Shown: one piece after another, positions 27,418 to 36,798 of the stretch
How positions within the stretch are numbered: position 1 is the stretch's first letter
How the letters are laid out: each line of letters opens with the position of its first letter
NCBI GenBank assembly: GCA_963666205.1
Contig: OY762654.1
Span: 864,001 to 928,000, forward strand
Source of the DNA: Synergistales bacterium
GTDB taxonomy: Bacteria; Synergistota; Synergistia; Synergistales; JAFGMB01
Direction: 5' to 3'
DNA length: 64,000 bases
The notes under the pieces: model-generated
What the model was told of the DNA's origin: nothing
Databases searched by the model: none
What the model saw: the letters and a program-made list of their open reading frames with translations, nothing else
Position numbers and translations under genes: made by a program

Positions 27418-28671
27418 ATGCTGAAAGAACAGATCTATGAACTGGGGAAAAAGGCCAGAACTGCATCCAGGGTTCTGGCTACGACTTCAACACAAATGAA
27501 AAATGAAGGTTTGACAGCAATGGCCGAAGCACTAAGAGTCCATAAAGAGGAAATATTATCAGCTAACAGACTCGATCTTGAAAATGGTCGCAGGGCTGGC
27601 CTTCCGGAACCAATGCTGGAGAGACTTCTTCTGAATGAAAAACGCATAGATGAAATGGCTTACGGGCTGGATAAAACAGCCGACCTCAAGGACCCGGTAG
27701 GCGAGGTGCTTGGTGCATGGAAAAACCGGCAGGGTCTAGAGATCGGCAGGATAAGAGTTCCCCTGGGAGTAATAGGGATTGTCTATGAGTCAAGACCCAA
27801 TGTTACTGCGGATGCTGCAGGGCTATGCCTCAAATCAGGTAATTCAGTGATACTCAAGGGAGGAAAGGAAGCCATCAACTCCAATCGTATCATAGCATCT
27901 ATCATAGGTAATGCCGCCGGATCAAGGGGTATTCCGGAGGGATCTATTCAGTTCATTGACAGTACCGACAGGGAATCAACAGCTATCCTCATGAAAATGA
28001 ATAAACATCTGGATGTCCTTATACCAAGGGGAGGGAAGGGGCTTAAGGGAGCTATTCAACAGAATGCCACTGTTCCTGTAATAATGACAGGGATGGGAAT
28101 ATGCCATATTTTCATCGATGAATCTGCCGACATGCCCATGGCAGTCAATATAGCAGTCAATGCAAAGGTCTCCAGACCATCCACCTGTAATTCTGCGGAA
28201 ACACTACTCATACATGAAAAATGTGCTGAAGCTCTTCTTCCCTCTGTCGCAAAAGCTTTAGAAGAAAAGGGCGTTGAACTCAGAGGAGATGAAAGGGCAA
28301 GAAGCATCTGTCCCGGGATGAAGATAGCATCCGGGGAGGATTGGGCAACTGAATATCTTGATCTAATTATGTCAGTTAAAATTGTAAAAGACCTGGAGGA
28401 AGCTTGTGACCATATCAACACATATGGCACCGGACATAGTGAAGCCATAATCACAGAAAATTACACCAGTTCAAGTCGATTTCTTCAAGCAGTGGACGCT
28501 GCAGCGGTTTATGTCAATGCCTCCACCCGTTTTACTGACGGCGGAGAATTCGGCTTTGGAGCAGAGATGGGTATCAGTACCCAGAAACTTCATGCAAGGG
28601 GACCCATGGGACTGGAACAGCTTACGTCCGTAAAATACATCATCAGAGGGCATGGACAGATAAGGGAATAA
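27418..28671 (+). CDS. proA: Gamma-glutamyl phosphate reductase
   Basis: VPLGVIGIVYESRPNVT, CNSAET, VNASTRFTDG, ISTQKLHARGPMGL. Confidence 0.97.
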   Translation: MLKEQIYELGKKARTASRVLATTSTQMKNEGLTAMAEALRVHKEEILSANRLDLENGRRAGLPEPMLERLLLNEKRIDEMAYGLDKTADLKDPVGEVLGAWKNRQGLEIGRIRVPLGVIGIVYESRPNVTADAAGLCLKSGNSVILKGGKEAINSNRIIASIIGNAAGSRGIPEGSIQFIDSTDRESTAILMKMNKHLDVLIPRGGKGLKGAIQQNATVPVIMTGMGICHIFIDESADMPMAVNIAVNAKVSRPSTCNSAETLLIHEKCAEALLPSVAKALEEKGVELRGDERARSICPGMKIASGEDWATEYLDLIMSVKIVKDLEEACDHINTYGTGHSEAIITENYTSSSRFLQAVDAAAVYVNASTRFTDGGEFGFGAEMGISTQKLHARGPMGLEQLTSVKYIIRGHGQIRE

Positions 28672-28695
28672 ACATAAAGAGGGGAGGCGTAAAGT

Positions 28696-29952
28696 TTGGA
28701 CCCTCTAAGGGAAAAGATAGTAAAAGATCCGATGATATGGAAATTCTGTGCCTATGGATTCCTGAAAAATCTCAAACTCTTTGAACCCTATCTTCTTATA
28801 TACCTTATGGGTCTTGGACAGGATCTCTTCTCCATAGGCATCCTCTACTCTATAAGGGAGACAGTGACGTATTTTTTAGAGATACCTTCCGGAGTCCTTG
28901 CCGATAATTACGGAAAAAAAAGGGAACTTATGGCCTGCTTTGTTTTTTACATTATTTCTTTCCTTCTCTTTTTTATTGGTTCCGGTTTTTCCGTACTAGC
29001 ACTTGCCATGGTATTTTTTGGACTGGGTGAGGCATTCCGGTCCGGCACGCACAAGGCAATGATATATTCATACCTGGAAACAAAGGACTGGTTCCATGAA
29101 AAGACCTTTGTCTACGGAAGAACAAGGTCATTCTCCCTGATAGGATCCTCCATGTCAGCATTTATTTCTATTATTTTCGTGCTTAAACTCCCCAGCCTTC
29201 GGTGGATCTTCCTGATATGCACCATCCCCTATATCCTGGACTTCCTTCTCATATGGTCTTATCCTGCTTTCCTGGATGAAAGGCAGGAGACCCCTTTCAG
29301 TTTTTCTTCCTTCTTCACCATGACCTTTGAAAGACTGTTTTCGATCATTAAAAGACCTGTGTTGAGGAATATCCTACTGAGCTCTGCCATTTTCGATGGC
29401 CTTTTCAGGACAATAAAGGATTACATTCAGCCCATTCTTGTCCTTCTTTTTCTTTCATCTTTACTCATGAACGACTCCCCTGAAGGTAATGAAACAATGG
29501 TGAAAGTATATCTTGGAATTCTTTATGGAGTTTTTTATATTTTCAGTTCCATTGCTTCCCGGAATGTCTATCGCCTTCATAAAATAGGATCATCTTCTAC
29601 CCTTATGAACTTCTCATTTACCCTGCTCGGCATTATGTTCATTTTACTTTCATTCTCTATTTCGAATAAGATGGCTATTACTGTACCATGTCTTTACTTT
29701 ATCCTCTATGTAATGAAGGACGCCAGGAGACCAATATTCATGGATATATGCGGTAACTGGATGGAGAGGATGGAGAGAGCCACTGTATTGTCTCTTGACA
29801 GCCAGATCCGGTCCGTGGTGACCATATTAACTGCACCCTTAGCAGGGTGGATCTCGGACAATTTATCTCTGGGAAGTACCTTTCTCTTCCTGGGAATATC
29901 AATTCTGATAATGGAAAGGTACCTTCACATTAGAGAAAGAACCCCTCTATAA
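28696..29952 (+). CDS. MFS transporter
   Basis: About 12 TM; EIPSGVLADNYGKK motif A; GEAFRSGT. Confidence 0.9.
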   Translation: MDPLREKIVKDPMIWKFCAYGFLKNLKLFEPYLLIYLMGLGQDLFSIGILYSIRETVTYFLEIPSGVLADNYGKKRELMACFVFYIISFLLFFIGSGFSVLALAMVFFGLGEAFRSGTHKAMIYSYLETKDWFHEKTFVYGRTRSFSLIGSSMSAFISIIFVLKLPSLRWIFLICTIPYILDFLLIWSYPAFLDERQETPFSFSSFFTMTFERLFSIIKRPVLRNILLSSAIFDGLFRTIKDYIQPILVLLFLSSLLMNDSPEGNETMVKVYLGILYGVFYIFSSIASRNVYRLHKIGSSSTLMNFSFTLLGIMFILLSFSISNKMAITVPCLYFILYVMKDARRPIFMDICGNWMERMERATVLSLDSQIRSVVTILTAPLAGWISDNLSLGSTFLFLGISILIMERYLHIRERTPL

Positions 29953-30096
29953 CTGTATATGAACATTAAACACATTCTACCAATTCCTTACAGTAATGGT
30001 AGAATGAGAATTGAGGTCTGATCTACTTTCCTCCAGTAGATACCTTATTTCAGAATAACAGGTTGAGACAAAAAGACCTTCAAGGAGTATCTTGCG

Positions 30097-32715
30097 ATGA
30101 AATGGAACCTGGATGAAAATGTAAACCCTTCTTCCTCTATTGTAGAACCTGGCATTCCTGCAGATGGCACTATTTCATGCAACCATACGATCTACCCGAA
30201 TATAAGCGCCCCTTATCATACTGAGGAATACTTCGAAACCCTGTTGAAAGAACTTCCGGATGGAGTCCTCATAACTGACCCCCATGGGAAAATACTGCGA
30301 GGAAATGAATCATTTTATGCCATGTTCGGGTACTGTGAAGAAGATATAATTGGAAGATATATCCACGAGATCATGCCTGACTCCCATATTCAACAGGAGA
30401 TCCTTTCAAATTTCAGGAAACTTGCAAAAGCAAAACTGGATAAGGTTGAAGCGATAAGACAAAATAAAGACGGCTCTTTTCTTGAGGTTATAGTCCATGG
30501 CGGCCCCATAATGCACGAAGGGGTAATACAGGCGGTCTTTATAATTTATATGAATATCAGTGGAAGGAAAAAAGTAGAACGAACTCTTAAAGAGAGCCAG
30601 GAAAGATTCGCCATAGCCATAGAAGCAATCAATGAAGGCCTCTGGGACTGGAATCTTCTGACCGATGAAGTCTATTTCAGCCCAAGGTATTATACTATGT
30701 TGGGGTATGAACCTGGAGAATTCCCTCCTCTCCTTGGATCATGGGTAGAACTTCTCCACCCCGAAGACAGGGAAAAAGCCCTGACCGTAAACGATTTTTA
30801 CAAAAAGAATAAATCGGAAACCTTTGAGATAGAATTCCGTCTTCGCAAAAAGGACGGAAGCTGGCTCTGGATCCAGGGAAAAGGAAGAGTTGTAAGCCGC
30901 GGCGAAGATGGCACCCCCATCAGGATGGTTGGAACCCATGCAGATATCTCTGAACGCAAAAAGGCTGAAGCAGTCATAATAGAGAAAGAAGAATTCAGTT
31001 CAAGCCTTCTGGAACATGCTCCCCACCCCATAGTTGTATATGAACCAGATCTGTCCATAAAATATGTCAATCCTGCCTTCATAGAACTGACAAGGTACAC
31101 CGAAGATGAACTGATAGGCATTAGACCTCCTTTCCCATGGTGGCCAGATGACCATTCAGAATATCTTACTCTTCTGCATAGATCTATGGGAGGATCCAGC
31201 AGACTTGAGATGGTCTTCTTTACAAAGGATAGGACTCCCTTCTGGGTAGATCTTGCACCAAAAGCTGTCATATTTCAGGGAAATATCAGGTATTACCTTT
31301 CCAACTGGGTGGACATAACGGAAAGGGAAAAGGCCAGCCAGGACCTCGAGACAGAAAAACGCTACTGGCAGCAGCTTTTTGAAAACTCACCTGAAGGTAT
31401 CGTCCTTTTCGATAGCGAAGATCGGGTTCTCCGTGCAAACAGGACCTTCTATAATATTTTTGGTTACGATGAGCAAGAAGTTCTGGGCCAGATTATCGAT
31501 GATCTTGTCGCGGGCCCTGAAGACTATTACAGTAAGGCCAGGGAATATTCCCGCTCTGCACGAAATGGGGAAAAGATCTCCATGGACACGATCCGTTTCA
31601 GGAAGGACGGAACACCCATTAACGTTTCCATCTTGGGAGTCCCCCTTAAAATGAGTGACGGGACCTCCTTCGGATACGGGATATACAGGGATATCACTGC
31701 CCGAAAAAAAATTGAAGAAGCACTGGATATAGAACATAAATATCTTCTCAATCTCTTTGAAGGGGCGCCAGAAGGCATTGTCCTCTGCGATAAGGATCAG
31801 ATAGTGATAAGGGCTAACCGGGCTTTCTGCAATCTGTTCGGATATACCTGAAAGGAAGTGCTTGGAAGAGCTCTTGATGAGCTAGTTACGAATAGCGAAA
31901 AAAGATTCAATGAAGCCGTATCCATAACAGAAAGGGTGAAAAATGGAGAATTTCTTCAAATGGATACAGTCCGTAACCGAAAGGACGGTACTGAAATACC
32001 TGTTTCAATTTTAGGAGTACCCTTCGAAGTTGGAGAAGAATATGCTATCTATGGTATTTACAGGGATATATCTGACAGTAAAAAGGCTGAGGAAAAGCTT
32101 AAGAGGAGTTACCAGCAACTGGAAAGAGCCATGGAAGGGACCGTCAACACTATAGCCAAACTGGTAGAAACTCGCGATCCCTACACGGCTGGGCACCAGG
32201 TAAGAGTGGCTGAGCTTGCTTCTGCTATTGCAGAAGAACTTGGTCTTCCACCAGATAGGAAAGATGCCATAAAATTCGCCGCCATGATCCACGATATTGG
32301 TAAGATCAGTATTCCGACAGAGATCCTGAGCAAACCCGGCAGGCTTTCAGAACTTGAATTCAGGCTTATAAAAAATCATCCCCTTTCGGCCTATGAGATA
32401 CTTGAGAACATCAATTTCCCATGGCCTGTAGCAGACATAGTCCACCAGCACCATGAAAGAATGGATGGTTCGGGATATCCGGACAGGCTCAAGGGGGACG
32501 AAATACTTCTGGAAGCAAGGATCCTCGCCGTGGCAGACGTGGTAGAGGCCATGAGCTCGGACAGGCCCTACAGGCCTGGACTGGGGCTGGACAGAGCCCT
32601 CGATGAGATACGGGACAAGACAGGCACCTTCTTCGACAAGGCAGTTACCAAAGCCTGCCTTACCCTCTTTCAGGAAAAGGGGTTTTCTTTCAAGAATGAA
32701 AGAAGGACCATATAA
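30097..32715 (+). pseudogene. Multi-PAS HD-GYP phosphodiesterase interrupted by an in-frame TGA at 31849-31851
   Basis: ORFs 30097..31851 and 31858..32715 share a frame; ...FGYT*KEVLGRALDELV continues a PAS repeat (cf. FGYDEQEVLGQIIDDLV); intact HDIGK, HHE..DGSGYP, RPYR. Confidence 0.8.
32419..32553 (+). repeat. 135-bp tract, inverted copy of 34501..34635 (127/135 identical)
   Basis: Manual alignment of the HD-GYP core (PWPVAD...VVEAM) in both genes: 8 mismatches. Confidence 0.85.
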
Positions 32716-32747
32716 CAGGTCAATCCGCCGGCCTGACTATTTTTTAT

Positions 32748-33089
32748 TTATCCCCTCCCGGACATTGTTATGGATCCATGCAAAGCAAGCCAGAAACATC
32801 TAGGCTCTGAACTCGTAAAAGTGACCCTGTGCTTCCTGTGGGCTGGAATAAATATCCAGTCACCGGGAACCATTTCTGTTTCTTCGCCGGATTCATAAAG
32901 GATCTCTGCTCTACCTTCAAGAAGAAGAACCCATTCATCTTTTTCCTGGTCAAACCATTCTCCCTCTGGAGTTGTATGTCCCGTAGAGATTATCCTTTCC
33001 AGCCTTATATCCTCTCCAGAAAAGAGGGTCTGCAGAAATTCTTCAGAAATGTCAAAATCTACGGGCAGGCTAAAAAGATTTCCTTTCAA
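32748..33089 (-). CDS. Cupin-domain protein
   Basis: LERIISTGHTTPEGEWFDQEKDEWVLLLEG, PAHRKHRV. Confidence 0.9.
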   Translation of the reverse strand: MKGNLFSLPVDFDISEEFLQTLFSGEDIRLERIISTGHTTPEGEWFDQEKDEWVLLLEGRAEILYESGEETEMVPGDWIFIPAHRKHRVTFTSSEPRCFWLALHGSITMSGRG

Positions 33090-33186
33090 TAAAAGTCATC
33101 CCCTCTATATTAAGTATCCAATGGGAAAACTGATACTCTGCCATATTGCAATAACCCCCCATTTCAGAAGGCCTCTTTAGAGTAGA

Positions 33187-34140
33187 TCAGTCCCGGGGCC
33201 TGAAGGAAGATTCTCTGGAAAGCATATCGAAAAGCTCCTTTTCCCGCGCAGAAAGTTTTTTAGGGACGGCAATTCTTATACTAACGAGCATATCCCCCCA
33301 GCTTCCTCCCTTTCCAGGAAGGCCTTTTCCCTTGAGCCTCAGTTTCTGACCGCTCTGGGTACCAGGCGGCAATTTCATATTAACCGTCCCATTCAGTCCT
33401 TTTACAGGGATCATGGAACCCAACGCCGCTTCCCATGGTGAAACTCTTACCTCTGAAATAAGATCATAACCCTGTATCTCGAATCTTGGATCTTTTCTGA
33501 TCCTGATCTTAAGGTACAGATCACCCCTCGGACCTCCTGCAATACCAGGACTTCCTTTACCAGCCAGCTTCAGCTTCGTGCCGTCGGTTATTCCTCCCGG
33601 CAGATTTACCTTAAGATTCCTTCTCTCGGGAACCATCCTGCCATCTGGCGATCTGACATAACTCTCAAGAGAGATGGTCTTCTGCCCTCCCCTGATAACT
33701 TCCTCCAGAGTCAGCTCTATTTCAGCTTCATTGTCCTGCCCTTTACGCACCTTCTGTCTCCCCGGGCTTCCAAAAAAGACATCCTCCATACCGCCCATAC
33801 GGCTACTGCCCATACCTCCGAAAATCGTACGGAAGAAATCACTGAAACCTTCAAAATCGCCAGACCCAAAATCCATACCTCTTCCTTCATAACCTGGAGG
33901 AGGATTAAAGGGTTGGCCATTCTGCCAGGCCGAACCGAGGGTATCATACTTCTGCCTTTTTTCAGGATCTCTCAAAACTTCATAGGCTTCATTAATATCT
34001 TTATATTTCTTTTCGGCATCTGGAGCCTTATTCACATCAGGATGATATTTCTTGGCAAGCCTGCGGTATATTTTTTTTATTTCATCCTGACTTGCTGTCT
34101 TTTTAACTCCCAGAATGCTGTAATAATCCTTGTACTCCAC
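33187..34140 (-). CDS. DnaJ-class chaperone (CbpA/class II type, no zinc finger)
   Basis: J domain [19 protein letters not shown]; DnaJ C-terminal domain; GTG start 34140 with GAGGTG RBS. Confidence 0.92.
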   Translation of the reverse strand: MEYKDYYSILGVKKTASQDEIKKIYRRLAKKYHPDVNKAPDAEKKYKDINEAYEVLRDPEKRQKYDTLGSAWQNGQPFNPPPGYEGRGMDFGSGDFEGFSDFFRTIFGGMGSSRMGGMEDVFFGSPGRQKVRKGQDNEAEIELTLEEVIRGGQKTISLESYVRSPDGRMVPERRNLKVNLPGGITDGTKLKLAGKGSPGIAGGPRGDLYLKIRIRKDPRFEIQGYDLISEVRVSPWEAALGSMIPVKGLNGTVNMKLPPGTQSGQKLRLKGKGLPGKGGSWGDMLVSIRIAVPKKLSAREKELFDMLSRESSFRPRD

Positions 34141-34199
34141 TGAATAAAACACCTCTTTCCCTTCGTGGAAAAGATATATGGGAAATGCACAGATTAAAT

Positions 34200-34247
34200 A
34201 CTGACCAATACTAACCTTTATTATAAACACAAAAGCCACATATACAA
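34200..34247 (-). promoter_or_regulatory. DnaJ-type gene promoter with CtsR-like box
   Basis: Minus strand TTGTAT-16-TATAAT then GGTTAGT-ATT-GGTCAGT; 21 nt identical to hsp20 promoter 6792-6812. Confidence 0.65.
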
Positions 34248-34353
34248 GACTTAAATAAGGGACTTAGAGATGTTTATTCCCTATTTTTGAGCAATATTTA
34301 ATATTTTCAGAGGATTTACCATCTATTGAAGACCTATATCCCCGGTTTTCTTC

Positions 34354-36474
34354 CTAATCTCCCAGGACAAAACCTTTTTCCCTGAAGAGGTTCAGGCACA
34401 CTGACACCACTTTTTCATCATAGGATATCCCCGCCCTGTTCTCTATTTCCTCCAGAGCCTTTTCTATTCCAAGGCTTCCACGGTAAGGACGGTGAGAACA
34501 CATGGCCTCCACCACGTCAGCCACAGCAAGGATCCTTGCTTCCAGAAGTATTTCGTCCCCCTTGAGCCTGCCCGGATATCCCGAACCATCCATTCTTTCA
34601 TGATGCTGATGGACGATGTCTGCTACAGGCCATGGAAAGTCAATATTTTTCAGTATTTCATAAGCCGATTGAGGGTGGTTTTGGATAAGTTCATACTCCA
34701 TTTCCGTTATCTTTCCTGGTTTATTCAGTATCTCACTGGGAACATTGATTTTCCCGATCTCATATAGAAGGGACGCAACTCGAACACCCTCTATCCGTTC
34801 CGGGTCAAGATCCATTTCCTTTGCTATCTCAACTGCAAGACGGGAAGCACGATGCTGGTGACCCGCTGTATATGGGTCTCTTAATTCCACTATTTTAGAC
34901 ATGGTTTGAATAGTGCCCTCAAGGGCAGAGCGGTACCGCTCCTCCGCCTGTCTGATAGTTGTAATATCTGTAGTAATCCCAACTATGCCTGTTACGTATC
35001 CATTATCATCTTTCAGGGGGACTTTAGTTATTGAAGCATATCTTGTATTTTCTGGCGTCTCGAAAACATCTTCAAACTGGAGCATTCTGCCCGTTTCTAC
35101 TAATCTTCTGTCAGTTTCAATATTGAACCTGAGAATTTTTTCCGGTAAAAAAGATTCTCCTCTGGTTCCTATTATCTGGTCTCTGGAAACACCTGCTATC
35201 TCTTCATAAGCCCTGTTTACCTCAAGTAAAATCCCATTTCGATCCTTCATGTAGACTACATCAGGTATAGCTTCAAGAAGAGTATTAAGCCTTATATAGG
35301 TTTCTCTTAATTCATCTTCGGAATGTTTTGTTTCAGTTATATCCTCAGCTATTCCCCCGTACTGGATCATCTCCGGATCTGAATTGTCAAGGGCTGAACC
35401 TACAACCCTGAGCCATCTCCATTCTCCTGCAGCATTTTCCATTCTCAGGACAACAGGTTCAGAAAGTGTTCCTTTCTCTTTGATCAGTTCAAGAGATCTG
35501 ATACCTGTTTCCGAATCCTCCTGATGAACGAATTCCAGGAAATTTTTATTGATAATATCACTGCTCGTATAACCCATTATTCTTTCCCATGCCGGGGATA
35601 CGAAGGTGACCTTACCGTCAGAATCAATGGTAAATATTATCTGATTGGCATTTTCCAGAATATTCCTAAGCCTGGATTCACTTTCTTCAAGAGCTTTTGC
35701 CGCATCCTTCCGTTCTGTAATATCTTTTGTGAAGGTAAGGATGCACTGTTCACCCCCTATATCCAGGAACTCTCCTGAAAGAAGTGCAGTAATGACTTTT
35801 CCGGACTTTGTACCGAACATTACTTCCCGGTCTCTGACTACTCCCTTTTCTATAAGGGGCTTTACGAAGGCATCTCTTTCCTCATCGCTTCTCCAGATAT
35901 TCAGCTCACGGGAAGAGTGACCTATGATCTCCTCCCGTGTATATCCAAAAATCCGCAGGAAACCTTCGTTTATATCTACAAATTCGCCGTTAAAGGCCTT
36001 AGCTATGGCAATGGCATCCGCACTGGTGCGGAAAGCCTTGGCAAATTTCTCCTCACTTTTTTGTAGAGCCCGGGATGATTTCCAATGATGCCACCTGGTC
36101 GTACTCTCCTTAAGTTCCCTTTCTATGGCTGGTACAAGCCTCTGCAGTGAACTCTTCATTATGTAGTCGTTGGCTCCAGCCCTCATAGCATCTACAGCGA
36201 ATTCCTCACCGATAGTGCCTGATACGAAAATAAAAGGGATATGGGGATCTATATCACACCATGTCTCAAGGACATCAAGACCACTGTATTGAGACATGGA
36301 ATAATCGGATAAAATAATATCCCATTCTCCTGACCGAAGTGCCTTACTAAAATCTTCTTTATTATCCACCACGAGATAGTCAGGTTCGTATCCACCCTGT
36401 TTCAATGCTCTTAGAAGTAAGATAACATCGTCTTCCATAGTCTCGACAATTAAAACCCGTATTGATGCTGCCAT
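34354..36474 (-). CDS. REC-PAS-PAS-PAS-HD-GYP protein with degenerate HD motif (YE)
   Basis: Receiver (IILSDYSM, FVSGT, YIMK), three PAS repeats, RDPYTAGH...LLYEIGK...HHE..DGSGYP..RPYR; probable start ATG 36474. Confidence 0.9.
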   Translation of the reverse strand: MAASIRVLIVETMEDDVILLLRALKQGGYEPDYLVVDNKEDFSKALRSGEWDIILSDYSMSQYSGLDVLETWCDIDPHIPFIFVSGTIGEEFAVDAMRAGANDYIMKSSLQRLVPAIERELKESTTRWHHWKSSRALQKSEEKFAKAFRTSADAIAIAKAFNGEFVDINEGFLRIFGYTREEIIGHSSRELNIWRSDEERDAFVKPLIEKGVVRDREVMFGTKSGKVITALLSGEFLDIGGEQCILTFTKDITERKDAAKALEESESRLRNILENANQIIFTIDSDGKVTFVSPAWERIMGYTSSDIINKNFLEFVHQEDSETGIRSLELIKEKGTLSEPVVLRMENAAGEWRWLRVVGSALDNSDPEMIQYGGIAEDITETKHSEDELRETYIRLNTLLEAIPDVVYMKDRNGILLEVNRAYEEIAGVSRDQIIGTRGESFLPEKILRFNIETDRRLVETGRMLQFEDVFETPENTRYASITKVPLKDDNGYVTGIVGITTDITTIRQAEERYRSALEGTIQTMSKIVELRDPYTAGHQHRASRLAVEIAKEMDLDPERIEGVRVASLLYEIGKINVPSEILNKPGKITEMEYELIQNHPQSAYEILKNIDFPWPVADIVHQHHERMDGSGYPGRLKGDEILLEARILAVADVVEAMCSHRPYRGSLGIEKALEEIENRAGISYDEKVVSVCLNLFREKGFVLGD
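34501..34635 (-). repeat. 135-bp tract, inverted copy of 32419..32553
   Basis: Same manual alignment as for the partner repeat. Confidence 0.85.
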
Positions 36475-36798
36475 GTTGCTAACACTACCTTTCTCAGGCA
36501 GAAAGCCCATTACCTGTGGTGTATGACTTGCAGAAAGGGCAAAACAACACCTTCTCAATATTGTCTTCAGTGAGATATCTCCAGTATAGAAGCTAATGAT
36601 CCCTCGATTTTCTTTATAATGATCTGTTAGCTGCTTTAATACTAACAGCGGTGAGATCGGGAAAAGAATACAGATTAAAGAACTTACCCTGTATTTTAAC
36701 GCATTAGATTACCTGGTAATCATATGATCACTGGTACGACAATGCCTCCGCGGATGATCCTTTTCCTCGGAGATATCTGGAGACCATGGCTTTTTTAA

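Noticed and set aside
31849-31851. Selenocysteine at the in-frame TGA
   Set aside because: The position is a variable PAS residue (usually R/E), not a Cys site, and the downstream hairpin is only 5 bp; kept only as a minor alternative.
32419-34635. Diversity-generating retroelement TR/VR pair
   Set aside because: Mismatches are mostly synonymous third-position changes, not adenine-specific, and there is no reverse transcriptase in the window.
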